From Candidatus Cloacimonadales bacterium (GTDB lineage Bacteria > Cloacimonadota > Cloacimonadia > Cloacimonadales > JAIOQZ01), in contig OY762463.1 of assembly GCA_963665815.1 (NCBI GenBank), positions 960,001-1,024,000 on the forward strand: DNA of 64,000 nt. The letters run 5' to 3'. Under the pieces are notes generated by a model. It made no database searches. It saw nothing but the letters and a program-made list of their open reading frames with translations, and was not told the origin of the DNA. Positions 30,520-40,883 of the stretch are shown here, one piece after another; the stretch's first letter is position 1, and the number at the start of each line of letters is the position of its first letter. A program made the translations under genes and the position numbers.

Positions 30520-31930
30520 CAAACTCCTCAGCTCAGGAAATAGTTACATCCAGCTCAACAGAAACCAGATTGTATTTTTTAATTCAATAAGTAATTATGA
30601 TATTGTTGTTGATTCCGGGACCTGGCGAAGTGGAAAATCCTTCGGGCTCTGTCTTTTTGCAATTCTTCGAATGAAGAAATATCCGGGTATCAGACAGTTC
30701 ATTGGTCGCAAGGAAATGTCATCTCTGAAAGAAACCACATTCCTTAAATTTCTGGAAATTCTTACGGTGTTCTTCAACTTAACTGAGAAAACAGACTTTA
30801 AAGTTGTTACTACTCCAAGACCACAGATTACTTTCCCAAATGGATCTGTCTGTGTTTTCGGTGATTTGGATACAACCCGTGTAAATAAATGGCTTTCTGC
30901 CGAATATTCTGATGTCATGATAGATGAAGGACAAGAAATCTCAGAGATTGCCTTTGATAAAATCAGATCCAGACAAACTCAAACAATTATTGAGAAGCAT
31001 TCAAAAGGAAAATCCTGCAATAAATGTATCATGGTAATGAATCCCCCGGAAACAGCCGAGAGACATTGGACACACAGTAAATTCAGAAATCCTGCCACGA
31101 AAGTAAAGAATTCAATCATTATCTACTCAACACTTAAAAATAATACTCAGAATATTCCGGGAAATTATCTCGAAAATATGCTGAACTCTGTGGACAAAAA
31201 CATTGCTGACATTTACTTGAATGGAATGTGGAAGCCACTTAATACACACCTTGTTTATCCTGATTACAATTTTCATCAGGACTCTGACGGTAACTATAAT
31301 GAAGGTGGTAATCTTAAGTTTCTTAACTACAGAGACGATCTTGATAACTATATGTCTATTGATTTTGGCTGGGTGCATCCAATGTCAATAGGCTGCTGGC
31401 AATACGACAGAAACAATAACAAATTGTACAGACTTTATGAGGTTGTAGAATCATTCATGAAACCTGAAAAATACTGTACTCTTCTGCAAGGTGAAAAGAT
31501 CATTCATAACAATCGAGAATATAAGCTCCCTTTCTCAATTATGGATTCAGTTATAGTTGTTGGACCCGAATGCAGACAGAGAAGACAGGAAAGCAGCGGT
31601 AAAAGCAATCTTGATATAATGAAATCGCACTTCAAAAACAAGTTCAAGATAAATATAAAAATTGTGAGTACTTCTATACAGAAATCCATACTTGCAGTCA
31701 GAGCCATGATTCTTGATGCATCAGGGAACAGACATCTTTTCATTGATCCAAGGCATAATACAAGATTTATAAAAGACTGCTGCAGTTATCATTATCCTGT
31801 AGATAAAGAAGGTAATATAACGAGTGAAGACCCGGAAAAAGACAATATTTCTGATCATACACAGGATGAAACACGATATTTAATAAGCTACTTATATAAA
31901 AGAGGAAACACAAACTGGCAAACATCATAG
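30503..31930 (+). CDS. terL: Terminase large subunit
   Basis: Walker A GTWRSGKS, Walker B VMIDEGQE, MNP coupling motif, nuclease SIDFG...P and DHTQDETRY. Confidence 0.95.
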   Translation: MENQYNKLLSSGNSYIQLNRNQIVFFNSISNYDIVVDSGTWRSGKSFGLCLFAILRMKKYPGIRQFIGRKEMSSLKETTFLKFLEILTVFFNLTEKTDFKVVTTPRPQITFPNGSVCVFGDLDTTRVNKWLSAEYSDVMIDEGQEISEIAFDKIRSRQTQTIIEKHSKGKSCNKCIMVMNPPETAERHWTHSKFRNPATKVKNSIIIYSTLKNNTQNIPGNYLENMLNSVDKNIADIYLNGMWKPLNTHLVYPDYNFHQDSDGNYNEGGNLKFLNYRDDLDNYMSIDFGWVHPMSIGCWQYDRNNNKLYRLYEVVESFMKPEKYCTLLQGEKIIHNNREYKLPFSIMDSVIVVGPECRQRRQESSGKSNLDIMKSHFKNKFKINIKIVSTSIQKSILAVRAMILDASGNRHLFIDPRHNTRFIKDCCSYHYPVDKEGNITSEDPEKDNISDHTQDETRYLISYLYKRGNTNWQTS

Positions 31931-31944
31931 AAAAAGGAGGGATT

Positions 31945-33321
31945 ATGAGTTTAATAAGAGAATCATTAATGAGGGCAAAATGGAATGATGACATGGCAAG
32001 ACGTTCCAGAATGCAGAAATATCTTGATTATTACAGAGATGACTGCAGTTCCTATATAAAATCGGAAATAAGTAATCTGGTCAATCCTCAGGAAAGTACA
32101 GAGTTATGCAAATATGTTGAACACGACAATATAACCAGCAGAATGATAGACTCAATTTCATTAATATTCAAAGAAAAAGTAAATGTTTCCATAAGCTGCA
32201 GCACAGAAACAGATACAGAGAAAGCTCAGGTTCTGCTCAATGATTTACTGGATGGTCTGAACTTTCATGTAACTATGAAGGAAGTGGAAAAACTGTCGAA
32301 ACTGGTATTTGATATAGCAGTAATTCCACAAATAAGAAACAACAAGATCGAACTTGATATTATAACACCAGAAAAGGCATTCGTAAAACAAAGCAATGAA
32401 GATCCGACAAAAGCTGAAGCCTTCTTCTATCAGACCGGAATTCTCACAAATACCACATCCCCCAATCCTATTCATGAATACCATTTCTGGACCAGAGAAG
32501 GTAAGTTCTCATGTATGATTGATGATACAGGCAATCCATTTAACATAACACTGTTAATGGAGTGGAATCATCCTGAGATTTTTCCGGTTATCATGTTCAG
32601 AAATTATCTTCCTATTGATTCTTTCTGGTATGATGGTTTAAATCCGATAGTTGAAAAAAACATTATCATCGATTTAAAAAGAACTGATATGTCTATGGCT
32701 GAAGCCTATAATATACCCCAGAGAATTAATCGTGGTGTACCTGAGGAACAGGAGATAAAGCTAGGCAGAACATTTGCAATGAACATACCACTGCCTGAGA
32801 ACGAGCAACCCCTTGGTGATGCAAAATACATTAAGCCTGATGAGAATCTTACAGAGCTTGATAAATGTATACTGAACAGAATAGAGCAGCTTGGTCTTTC
32901 CCTGGGACTGTCAAAATCCATAATTACGGGTCAATCGGCAACATCCGGATATGAACTTGCCTTATCGAAATACGAGATTGTTGAGAGAAATAAGTCTGAG
33001 CGTGATTACTATATTCAGCCTTTAAGGGATCTGGTCAGGTTAATAATTATCATGACGAAAGATTGCAATGGATACGACTTTCCCGATAACCCCGAGATAA
33101 AAGTAGACTTTGGAGAGATCAGATTCTCGCAGTCCGAACTTGAGAAAGCAAGAACCAGATATTATAAGCTTGTTTATGGAATTGCTTCAAGAATAGATAT
33201 AATTATGGAGGATAACCCTGATTTAACAAGAGAACAGGCAATTGTAAAAGCAAAGCAGATTGACAGAGAAGAATTGGATTTTGGTAAGAAATTCGATAAT
33301 CTGTCTATCTCAAGCTTTTAG
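31945..33321 (+). CDS. Portal protein (SPP1 gp6-like)
   Basis: Follows terL; YLDYY, NIT...ID, FPVIMF, ATSG..L, MEDNPDLTREQA C-terminus. Confidence 0.85.
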   Translation: MSLIRESLMRAKWNDDMARRSRMQKYLDYYRDDCSSYIKSEISNLVNPQESTELCKYVEHDNITSRMIDSISLIFKEKVNVSISCSTETDTEKAQVLLNDLLDGLNFHVTMKEVEKLSKLVFDIAVIPQIRNNKIELDIITPEKAFVKQSNEDPTKAEAFFYQTGILTNTTSPNPIHEYHFWTREGKFSCMIDDTGNPFNITLLMEWNHPEIFPVIMFRNYLPIDSFWYDGLNPIVEKNIIIDLKRTDMSMAEAYNIPQRINRGVPEEQEIKLGRTFAMNIPLPENEQPLGDAKYIKPDENLTELDKCILNRIEQLGLSLGLSKSIITGQSATSGYELALSKYEIVERNKSERDYYIQPLRDLVRLIIIMTKDCNGYDFPDNPEIKVDFGEIRFSQSELEKARTRYYKLVYGIASRIDIIMEDNPDLTREQAIVKAKQIDREELDFGKKFDNLSISSF

Positions 33322-33344
33322 TCGTTAACCTCAGTGTAAGTATG

Positions 33345-33380
33345 AAAAGAAAAAGCTCCGTTACAAACGGAGCACTTTTC
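33345..33380. terminator. Bidirectional terminator closing the virion module
   Basis: AAAAGCTCCGTT-ACA-AACGGAGCACTTTT between convergent genes. Confidence 0.75.
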
Positions 33381-33424
33381 ATAACCAAATATATTTTTGC
33401 ATAAGCTTATTCTATTATCGGCTA

Positions 33425-34129
33425 TTACAGAATATCTTTAATTTTTTTTGTATTTAAAGAATCAATTTCAATTATTTCCAAGCCATTAATAAAGCTAAGC
33501 GTTTCTGCATCATCATGATAGCGTCTGTAAATTTTTTCTATCCTGTCGACAATTCCTGGTTCGTGAGGAAATTTTCTGAGAGCTTTTTTCATATATTCAT
33601 TTCCAAAGCTCTCTCTTTTAAAACTGTAGTATGTCTTTGCCAAATCAAAATAAAGATCAATATTCTCAGGTTCAATGTCATGGGCTTTTTTCAGGTTTTC
33701 TACTGCAAGATCATATTTTCTGGAAACAGCGTAATAAAGCCCCATGTTCCTGAAAGACTCCATGTAGTAAGGATCAATTTCAAGAGCTTTCATAAAATAA
33801 TTAATAGCATTATAATCTGATACAGAAAATGTCTTTCCGATAAGGTTATAAGCTTCAGGATCGCTTGCATTCTTCATCACATAATCTTTAAGTAACTTCT
33901 GCGCTTTGTTAAGATCATCCAGACCATAATAACATTGAGCTATACGTTTTTGAAAAATAAGCTTATTGGGGGCTTTTTTCTGTCCCTTTTCAAACATAGA
34001 AAGAGCTTCTTCATATTTTCCTTCTTCAAACAATTTCTGCCCTTTGACATAATAATCTCTGTACTGATCTCCACAAGCCATCAGAGAAAGCAGTAAACAA
34101 ACAATGAATATTGATATTTTTTTATGCAT
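33425..34129 (-). CDS. TPR lipoprotein
   Basis: LMAC lipobox, several TPR repeats. Confidence 0.85.
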   Translation of the reverse strand: MHKKISIFIVCLLLSLMACGDQYRDYYVKGQKLFEEGKYEEALSMFEKGQKKAPNKLIFQKRIAQCYYGLDDLNKAQKLLKDYVMKNASDPEAYNLIGKTFSVSDYNAINYFMKALEIDPYYMESFRNMGLYYAVSRKYDLAVENLKKAHDIEPENIDLYFDLAKTYYSFKRESFGNEYMKKALRKFPHEPGIVDRIEKIYRRYHDDAETLSFINGLEIIEIDSLNTKKIKDIL

Positions 34130-34588
34130 TTTAAACCTTTTCTTTTTTTTATGATATACGCTTCAATCAGTGTTTTGCAAAACTCATAGAACACATCTCA
34201 GTTTTCTGAATTACAACGTAAATATAAATTTCTGTAAAAAAAACATATTATTAAAATTTTGGCAAGTAATTATTGCTGAATTTACATTAGTAATACTGAT
34301 ACAAGTTGTTTCATCATGCAATCTTTTGGTATGCAGCTACATTAGAAAAGACTTTTGTATAATTTGGGTAGCTGACTCGATTCTAGAATTCATCTAATAA
34401 TCTCTCAAAGCAAGCATTCCTGATAAGTTTTCCTGATGAATACAAAAATCTCATTGATACTTTTAGCAAAAATTACTGATTTCACTGTTACACATAGTAC
34501 TCAGCAGATAAACTGAGTGAAGAAATATCTTAAAGTTATTGACAAAGTTCGAACATAATTAATTATAAAAAATAAAACAGAGGTGCTT

Positions 34589-37500
34589 ATGAAATACATT
34601 ATTCTATCATTTCTTTTCATTTTCTCACTCTCCTTATGTGCATTTTCAACTCATATCGGAACAATATCATCCAATGAAACATGGACAGCTCAATCTGGTC
34701 CACATCATATTACAGGCGATATTGACGTTGTTGATGGAGTCACTCTCACAATTAATCCAGGGTCTGTTATTTATTTTTACGGAGACTACTCAATAACCAT
34801 ACACGGTTGCCTCATTGCAGACGGTACGGGAAGTCAGATAATTTTCGACTATTACAATCAGCTATTTCACGATCCCGGTGAATGGGGCAGGATTCTATTT
34901 TCATCTGCTGATGCAGGATGTATAATGGATAACTGTGATATCAAGTATGGTGGTTCGGGTGTTGCTATGGTAGAAATATCCAACTGTCAGGATCATGTCA
35001 CTATCCAGAACTCTTCACTGTCTTACAGTGCATCCATGGGTATTAAAGTGTTAGATGATGCTTCTGATCCCGATTTGCATAACCTTTCATTCGGGTCTAT
35101 AGCCAGCTATCTTATTGAATCACATGCAAAACCTCTTGCAGACTATTTTGTTAATGGATATTCAAGCTGCCCGAATCCTTATATTTCAGTCAGAGGCGGT
35201 AGTATTGATCCCGGATTAATGCAGAGGCAATATGCTCCAATCCTCGTAAACGGCGATATTATGGTTGCTAATGGCAATATGCTAACGATTTACGAAGGGA
35301 ATGAATTCTTCTTCAATGGAGACTATGAATTCAGAGTTGAAGGACAACTTCATACATCTGGAACTGCTGCAAATCCAGTCGTTTTTACTTCGACTTCAGC
35401 AGTTGAAGGTTCATGGGAAGGACTTGATTTTAATGGCGTTGACGGAAACTGTAACATGGATTACTGCGAAATCCGATATGCCGGCTCGAATGGACAGGCT
35501 GTTCAGATTACAAGCTGTGATGACGATATTTCATTCGACCATGCCCTTATTGATAACTCAGGCTCAAAAGGAATAAGCTTCGACTCTTATTCTTCACCAA
35601 GTATAACTAATTCAACTTTTTCCAATAATGCAAGTCACAGCATCGCAGGTAATGCACCTGTTGTAATTCAAAACATTACAGGAAATACCTTTACAGGAAA
35701 TGATATTGATGCCGTTTTACTGGAATCAGGCAGTTTCTCGACATCAACTATTCATAGAAATTCCAATCTGGAATATCATGTAGGCAGTATGATTTATGTA
35801 TCTGAGGGTGATACATTAACTATTGAACCGGGTGTAACAATGAAGTTTAATTCACAAGCCGGAATGACTGTAAATGGGTCTATTATTGCAATGGGACAAT
35901 CAGGAAATGAAATTACTTTTACATCTTCAGCCTCTACCCCATCAGCAGGAAACTGGACAAGCATTTACCTTTACAGAATTGATGCTGACTGTTACTTTGA
36001 TTACTGCTACTTTTCTTATGGTGGTCAGGATGTTTACAGTAATCCTGCACATGAAAAATGTCTTCTGGCAATGTATCAGACATCTGCAAACACAAATCAT
36101 GCTTATGTGACAAATACACACTTTTCACATAGTGGAGGAATGGGAGTAAAAGCATTAAGTTATGCAAGATTTGTTGTTGATAATTGCAGCTTCAGTAATA
36201 TTAGTTCCTATGGAATCTACTCAAATAACTCATATTCATATTATGTTGTAAGTAATTCAAACTTTAATACAATCGGTGATTACCCTATTCAAATATATTT
36301 TAAAAATGCTGTCAGAATGTTCAATCTTACTTTTGCAAATCTTACAAATAACTATATAAATCTTAAAGGAAGCCCTGTTACATCAGGAACTCTCTCAAAC
36401 TTTGGGATTCCATATATAGTTGAAGGCGCTGCCACTGTCAGTGATGGTGAAGTATTATCCATTGAACAGGGAGTTCAGTATTATGCAGATACTATTTTGA
36501 ATGTAGAAGGTTTACTGATGGCTGATGGATCTCAGGCAGAGCCAATTCTGCTAAGTTCTATCACCGGTAATACGGATGGTTGGTATGGCATAAATTTCTC
36601 AAATTCTGATAATGGTAGTATGATGGATTACTGTACAATCGAAAATGGTGGAAAAAATGCATATGGTACATATTTTGATGAACAGGCTGTCTTATATTTC
36701 AGAAATTCCGGACAAACAACAATCACAAATTCCACAATTGGACCAAGTTCAAGATATGGTTTAAAAATATCCGGTTCAACAGATTTTACTCTAAGCAATG
36801 TTGAAATTACCGGTTGTCAGCAATCAAGTATACATTCATCAAGTAATACTCCAAATTTCTTACTTGATAATGTGACATTCTCTAATAACGTAAGTTATCT
36901 TGGTGAATTATACCCAAAACATATTTATATGATGGATAATATAAATATAGTAAACAACTCAGATAACACAATTAAACTCAGCTCTGGTACCATCGGAACC
37001 GGTACAATACATAACTTTGGTATAGATTATTTCCTAAATGGAACAACAACTGTCTCCGATGGCCATACTATGACAGTTGAACCGGGAGTTAAATTTTATG
37101 CTGATAATACATCTTTAACGGTTCAAGGTGCATTAATCGCAGTTGGAACAATCACAGATTCAATAATTTTCAGAGCTAAAGATAACTATGCCGGACAATG
37201 GTATGGTTTAATTTTCGACAATCCTGATGCAGGTTCCTCGCTTCAATATGTTGATATCAGTGGAGGTGGAAGAAACACCTATGGTACATACTGGGATGAA
37301 AAATCTAACATTGCAATTCGAAGTGGAACAGGCGGTCCAGTTATTTCAAATTGCACAATCCGGAATTCCGGAGCAGATGGTATAAGGTTGGCATCAGGAG
37401 CATCTGCATCATTTTCTAACACAATCATTGAAAATGGTGCTGAAATAGGTATCAATACAATGAGCAGTAGCGCAACCGCAACCTTTGATAACTGTGAGAT

Positions 37501-38545
37501 TACGGGGTTTACAGGTTCTCCGGTATACACATATTCCAATTTAATCGGTAGATACACTAATATGAATATTCATGATAATACTGATGATTTTTTCGAAGTA
37601 GCCCCTATAAACATCTATAGTGACACTTGGAAAAACAATGGAGTTCCATATAGAATGAATGGTGGCTTCGCAATATACGATGGACACACAGTAAACATTG
37701 ATCCCGGGGTAGAGATCCAATTCAACGGTATCAGTACTCTCAGAATTGAGGGGAAACTAATGTCAAATGGAACAGCATCAGAACCTGTTCATTTTACTAC
37801 ATCTAATCCGTCACCTGCAGTTGGACATTGGGGTGGATTGTACTTCTATAATGCTGATGACACATCAAGAGTAAATCATACAATTTTGGAATATGGAGGT
37901 GTTAACTTTACATACACTCCATTTGAAGAATATTGTCAGCTTGCCGTATCCAGATCCCAGGTAGAGCTTAGAGATTGCATTATCAGAAATTCATATCACG
38001 GAATCAAAGCCGGATATAATGCAAATCTTAACTTAATTAACTGTAAAATACAGGACAATACTCACAATGGTATATATGCATCCAGTAACAGTATCGTGAC
38101 TTTCGGAAGTCAACTCTCAGAATGGAACGATATATACAACAATGGAGATTATAATTTTTATAATGAAAGTACCGTCGGAAAGACAGCTAAATATGTTTAC
38201 TGGGGAAATGACACACTATCTGTTATAGATGAGAACATCTATGATTATTTTGAAAATCCATCATACGCAAAAGTAAGTATTCTTCCCTATACTGACTCCA
38301 CTCACAGTCTGGAACTCGGAGCTCCTGTTGCTCCTGAAAACATCCAGATTGTCTATAATGCAGGTAATACTGAAATCACATGGGATGCTGTTTCCGGTTC
38401 AGGATATCAGGTTTATTCTTCAACAGATCCGGAACTCCCGACTGATCAATGGACTCTTGAAGCAGATAATCTTTCTGCAAATACGTGGACAGATTCATCA
38501 CCCGGAACGAGAAAATTCTATTTCGTTAAATCGAAAAGAGATTAA
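34589..38545 (+). CDS. Large secreted right-handed beta-helix repeat protein
   Basis: Signal peptide; about 6 repeats of V..G.TLTI.PG...V.G.L.A.G...FTS...G.W.G..F...C.I.YGG; C-terminal FN3-like domain ending RKFYFVK. Confidence 0.85.
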   Translation: MKYIILSFLFIFSLSLCAFSTHIGTISSNETWTAQSGPHHITGDIDVVDGVTLTINPGSVIYFYGDYSITIHGCLIADGTGSQIIFDYYNQLFHDPGEWGRILFSSADAGCIMDNCDIKYGGSGVAMVEISNCQDHVTIQNSSLSYSASMGIKVLDDASDPDLHNLSFGSIASYLIESHAKPLADYFVNGYSSCPNPYISVRGGSIDPGLMQRQYAPILVNGDIMVANGNMLTIYEGNEFFFNGDYEFRVEGQLHTSGTAANPVVFTSTSAVEGSWEGLDFNGVDGNCNMDYCEIRYAGSNGQAVQITSCDDDISFDHALIDNSGSKGISFDSYSSPSITNSTFSNNASHSIAGNAPVVIQNITGNTFTGNDIDAVLLESGSFSTSTIHRNSNLEYHVGSMIYVSEGDTLTIEPGVTMKFNSQAGMTVNGSIIAMGQSGNEITFTSSASTPSAGNWTSIYLYRIDADCYFDYCYFSYGGQDVYSNPAHEKCLLAMYQTSANTNHAYVTNTHFSHSGGMGVKALSYARFVVDNCSFSNISSYGIYSNNSYSYYVVSNSNFNTIGDYPIQIYFKNAVRMFNLTFANLTNNYINLKGSPVTSGTLSNFGIPYIVEGAATVSDGEVLSIEQGVQYYADTILNVEGLLMADGSQAEPILLSSITGNTDGWYGINFSNSDNGSMMDYCTIENGGKNAYGTYFDEQAVLYFRNSGQTTITNSTIGPSSRYGLKISGSTDFTLSNVEITGCQQSSIHSSSNTPNFLLDNVTFSNNVSYLGELYPKHIYMMDNINIVNNSDNTIKLSSGTIGTGTIHNFGIDYFLNGTTTVSDGHTMTVEPGVKFYADNTSLTVQGALIAVGTITDSIIFRAKDNYAGQWYGLIFDNPDAGSSLQYVDISGGGRNTYGTYWDEKSNIAIRSGTGGPVISNCTIRNSGADGIRLASGASASFSNTIIENGAEIGINTMSSSATATFDNCEITGFTGSPVYTYSNLIGRYTNMNIHDNTDDFFEVAPINIYSDTWKNNGVPYRMNGGFAIYDGHTVNIDPGVEIQFNGISTLRIEGKLMSNGTASEPVHFTTSNPSPAVGHWGGLYFYNADDTSRVNHTILEYGGVNFTYTPFEEYCQLAVSRSQVELRDCIIRNSYHGIKAGYNANLNLINCKIQDNTHNGIYASSNSIVTFGSQLSEWNDIYNNGDYNFYNESTVGKTAKYVYWGNDTLSVIDENIYDYFENPSYAKVSILPYTDSTHSLELGAPVAPENIQIVYNAGNTEITWDAVSGSGYQVYSSTDPELPTDQWTLEADNLSANTWTDSSPGTRKFYFVKSKRD

Positions 38546-38576
38546 ATAATCCCTAAGACCGACGACATAAATAGAG

Positions 38577-38608
38577 GACTGTCTTATCTGATAAGGCAGT
38601 CTTTTTTT
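38577..38608 (+). terminator. Intrinsic terminator
   Basis: GACTGTCTTATC-T-GATAAGGCAGTC followed by T7. Confidence 0.85.
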
Positions 38609-38745
38609 CAAATCAGACACACTTTAGGGGACGGTGCCTAAAAAAAGCCTGAACTCAAAGAATTCAGGCAACAAGGTTTTCAAAATTAGAGTGAGCTTTA
38701 CATTATAGCAAAATCGAGTCAACTACCTCGATCATGTAAAGCTAT

Positions 38746-39090
38746 CTACAATATAAACTCATTCAGTTCATTATTTTTATACCTCTCATAAGCTTCTTTA
38801 ATAGTGTTACCGGAAGCTCCAACGTAAATCTTAAGATTCATATGCTGTAGAACCATGGCAGCACTGCGTCCCGGACCGTTTCCTGTTACGATTGCGTCAA
38901 TTTCTGTTTTTGCAATCTTTTCGGCAGTTTTTGGACCTGCACCATGTTCATACTGACTTATTTCTGTGTTATCAATTACTTCCAGATTATCTGCAGCGCT
39001 GTCTACAATACAAAGATATTCTGCTCTACCAAATCTTGGATCAATTTCTGAGTTCCATTCGCTGCCTTTGGCTGTAAAAAGTATTTTCAT
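38746..39090 (-). CDS. NifB/NifX family Fe-Mo cluster-binding protein
   Basis: IDPRFGRA, HGAG, TGNGPG. Confidence 0.9.
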   Translation of the reverse strand: MKILFTAKGSEWNSEIDPRFGRAEYLCIVDSAADNLEVIDNTEISQYEHGAGPKTAEKIAKTEIDAIVTGNGPGRSAAMVLQHMNLKIYVGASGNTIKEAYERYKNNELNEFIL

Positions 39091-39125
39091 TTATCCTCCT
39101 TGGGGAAAATAATGTTGAAAGATCA

Positions 39126-40001
39126 TTATTCAAAGATCTTATTATAGATTTTACTCCATGAATTTTTGATTATATCTCTGATTTCTTCTGAGCAATATTC
39201 ATAAGGAGTTTTAAGGTTATTTAATGCTTCCGGAAATGACATATCATAAGGAACCTCAGCTATAAGGTCTATGGACTGCTCTCTGCAATAGTCCCTTAAG
39301 GAAGCAGTTTTGTTCAAGTTCAAATCGAATTTATTAATTATACATCCTGCTGAGATATTGAATTTTTTTATCAGTTCAAACAGTCGTTTCAGATCATGAA
39401 TACCTGACACGGTCGGTTCTGTAACAATAACAATATAGTCAGCACCAGACAAAGATGATACGACTGGACAGCCTATTCCGGGGGATCCGTCAGCTATGAT
39501 CAGTTCAACTCCGGTTTCTTCCGCTTTTGCTTTGGCTCGTTTTTTTACTTCAGCAACGAGCTTTCCTGAGTTATCCGCTCCGATTGCGAGACAAGCATGA
39601 ATCATCGGGAAACCGAATTCAGTCATTGATGAGTAGAGATTACCAATTTTCTGAAGCTCCATATTGATTGCTTTTTGAGGACATACTTCTGAGCAGTATC
39701 CGCAACCTTCACAGCTGATTAAACTAATCTCATATCTGTCTTTTCTATTCACTGCATCAAACCTGCACACATCCTGACATTTACCGCAGTCTATGCACTT
39801 TGTGTAGTCAATTACAGCTTTTGTTCCGCTGTAGAAATCTTCTCCATTCGTAAAATCAGGTTTAAGCAGCAGGTGAAGATTGGCAGCATCAACATCACAG
39901 TCTGCAACAACGGCTTTCTTTCCTGCAAGAACAGCAAAGGAAGCTGATAACGATGTCTTACCGGTCCCTCCCTTACCTGAGAGTATTACTATTTCTTTCA
40001 T
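39126..40001 (-). CDS. MinD-superfamily P-loop ATPase with 2x[4Fe-4S] insert
   Basis: SGKGGTGKT, DCDVDA, CIDCGKC...C and CEGCGYC...CP, DGSPGIGCP. Confidence 0.92.
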   Translation of the reverse strand: MKEIVILSGKGGTGKTSLSASFAVLAGKKAVVADCDVDAANLHLLLKPDFTNGEDFYSGTKAVIDYTKCIDCGKCQDVCRFDAVNRKDRYEISLISCEGCGYCSEVCPQKAINMELQKIGNLYSSMTEFGFPMIHACLAIGADNSGKLVAEVKKRAKAKAEETGVELIIADGSPGIGCPVVSSLSGADYIVIVTEPTVSGIHDLKRLFELIKKFNISAGCIINKFDLNLNKTASLRDYCREQSIDLIAEVPYDMSFPEALNNLKTPYEYCSEEIRDIIKNSWSKIYNKIFE

Positions 40002-40863
40002 CGTATTCACCTTTCAGATTTGTAATTTTCTTCAGCAGCATATCGAATCCTGCTTTGATTTCACCGGAAACAGAATGGATTAATTTGCCCTCAGAGTAAT
40101 TCTCTGCAGCTTTCTTATCAAAAGGAATTCTACCTGCAATATCAATATCATTACTTTTGCAATAATCTTCTATGATAGGATTAGCCTGATCATCTTTGTT
40201 GATAACAATGCTGAATGGTTTGTCAAGTTGTTTGACTACATCAACAGCAAGGTTCAAATCGTGAAGTCCTAATGGAGTGGGCTCTGTAACCAGCATTATA
40301 TAGTCTGAGTTTACAGCTGTTTCAATAAATGGGCATGCTGTTCCGGGCGGTGAATCAAGAATTACAAGCTGATCGCTATTGTATTTATTTTCAATGAAAT
40401 CGAAAGCCTGTTTTATCAATGGTACAGCCTGTTCTTCTCCAATATTAAGCCTACCTTCGATGAACTCGAAATTGCCTGCATCACTGAAATGATTCAATTG
40501 TCCAATAGTAATAAGCTTCATTTCGAGAGCATTTTCAGGACATAATTCAGCACAGGCAAAGCAACTGTGACAAAGCTCATTCAAAATGATAATATGGGTT
40601 GTTATATTAAGAACTGCGTTGAAATTACATAGTTTACTGCATTTCCCGCAGAAAGTGCATTTATCCCGATTCCATACCGGAACAGATTTGTTGATATCAA
40701 GTGACTGTTTTAGGGGGGTATTAAAAAAAAGACCTGAGTCAGGTTCTTCAACATCAAGATCTACATGTAGAGTAGAAATTGAGTTTGCCAGAAGCTGACT
40801 CAGATTTGCAGAGACGGTTGTTTTTCCGGTACCGCCCTTACCGCTTGCAAAGGCAATCTTCAT
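39973..40863 (-). CDS. MinD-superfamily P-loop ATPase with 2x[4Fe-4S] insert
   Basis: ASGKGGTGKTT, DLDVEEP, CTFCGKC...C and CHSCFAC...CP, DSPPGTACP. Confidence 0.92.
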   Translation of the reverse strand: MKIAFASGKGGTGKTTVSANLSQLLANSISTLHVDLDVEEPDSGLFFNTPLKQSLDINKSVPVWNRDKCTFCGKCSKLCNFNAVLNITTHIIILNELCHSCFACAELCPENALEMKLITIGQLNHFSDAGNFEFIEGRLNIGEEQAVPLIKQAFDFIENKYNSDQLVILDSPPGTACPFIETAVNSDYIMLVTEPTPLGLHDLNLAVDVVKQLDKPFSIVINKDDQANPIIEDYCKSNDIDIAGRIPFDKKAAENYSEGKLIHSVSGEIKAGFDMLLKKITNLKGEYDERNSNTLR

Positions 40864-40883
40864 AATCGTAATCCTGCAAGAAC

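Larger units (their letters stand above)
20862..33321 (+). mobile_element. Compact tailed-virion structural module (GTA-like or cryptic prophage)
   Basis: Contiguous capsid, tail, terminase and portal genes; no integrase, replication, repressor or endolysin recognised. Confidence 0.85.

Noticed and set aside
20862-33321. Complete inducible prophage, tailocin, contractile injection system or encapsulin
   Set aside because: It lacks replication and integration genes for a full prophage. It has capsid, portal and terminase (unlike tailocins and encapsulins) and no sheath (unlike CIS).
34170-34397. 75-aa ORF upstream of the beta-helix gene
   Set aside because: GTG start without SD in AT-rich divergent promoter DNA, with no motif.
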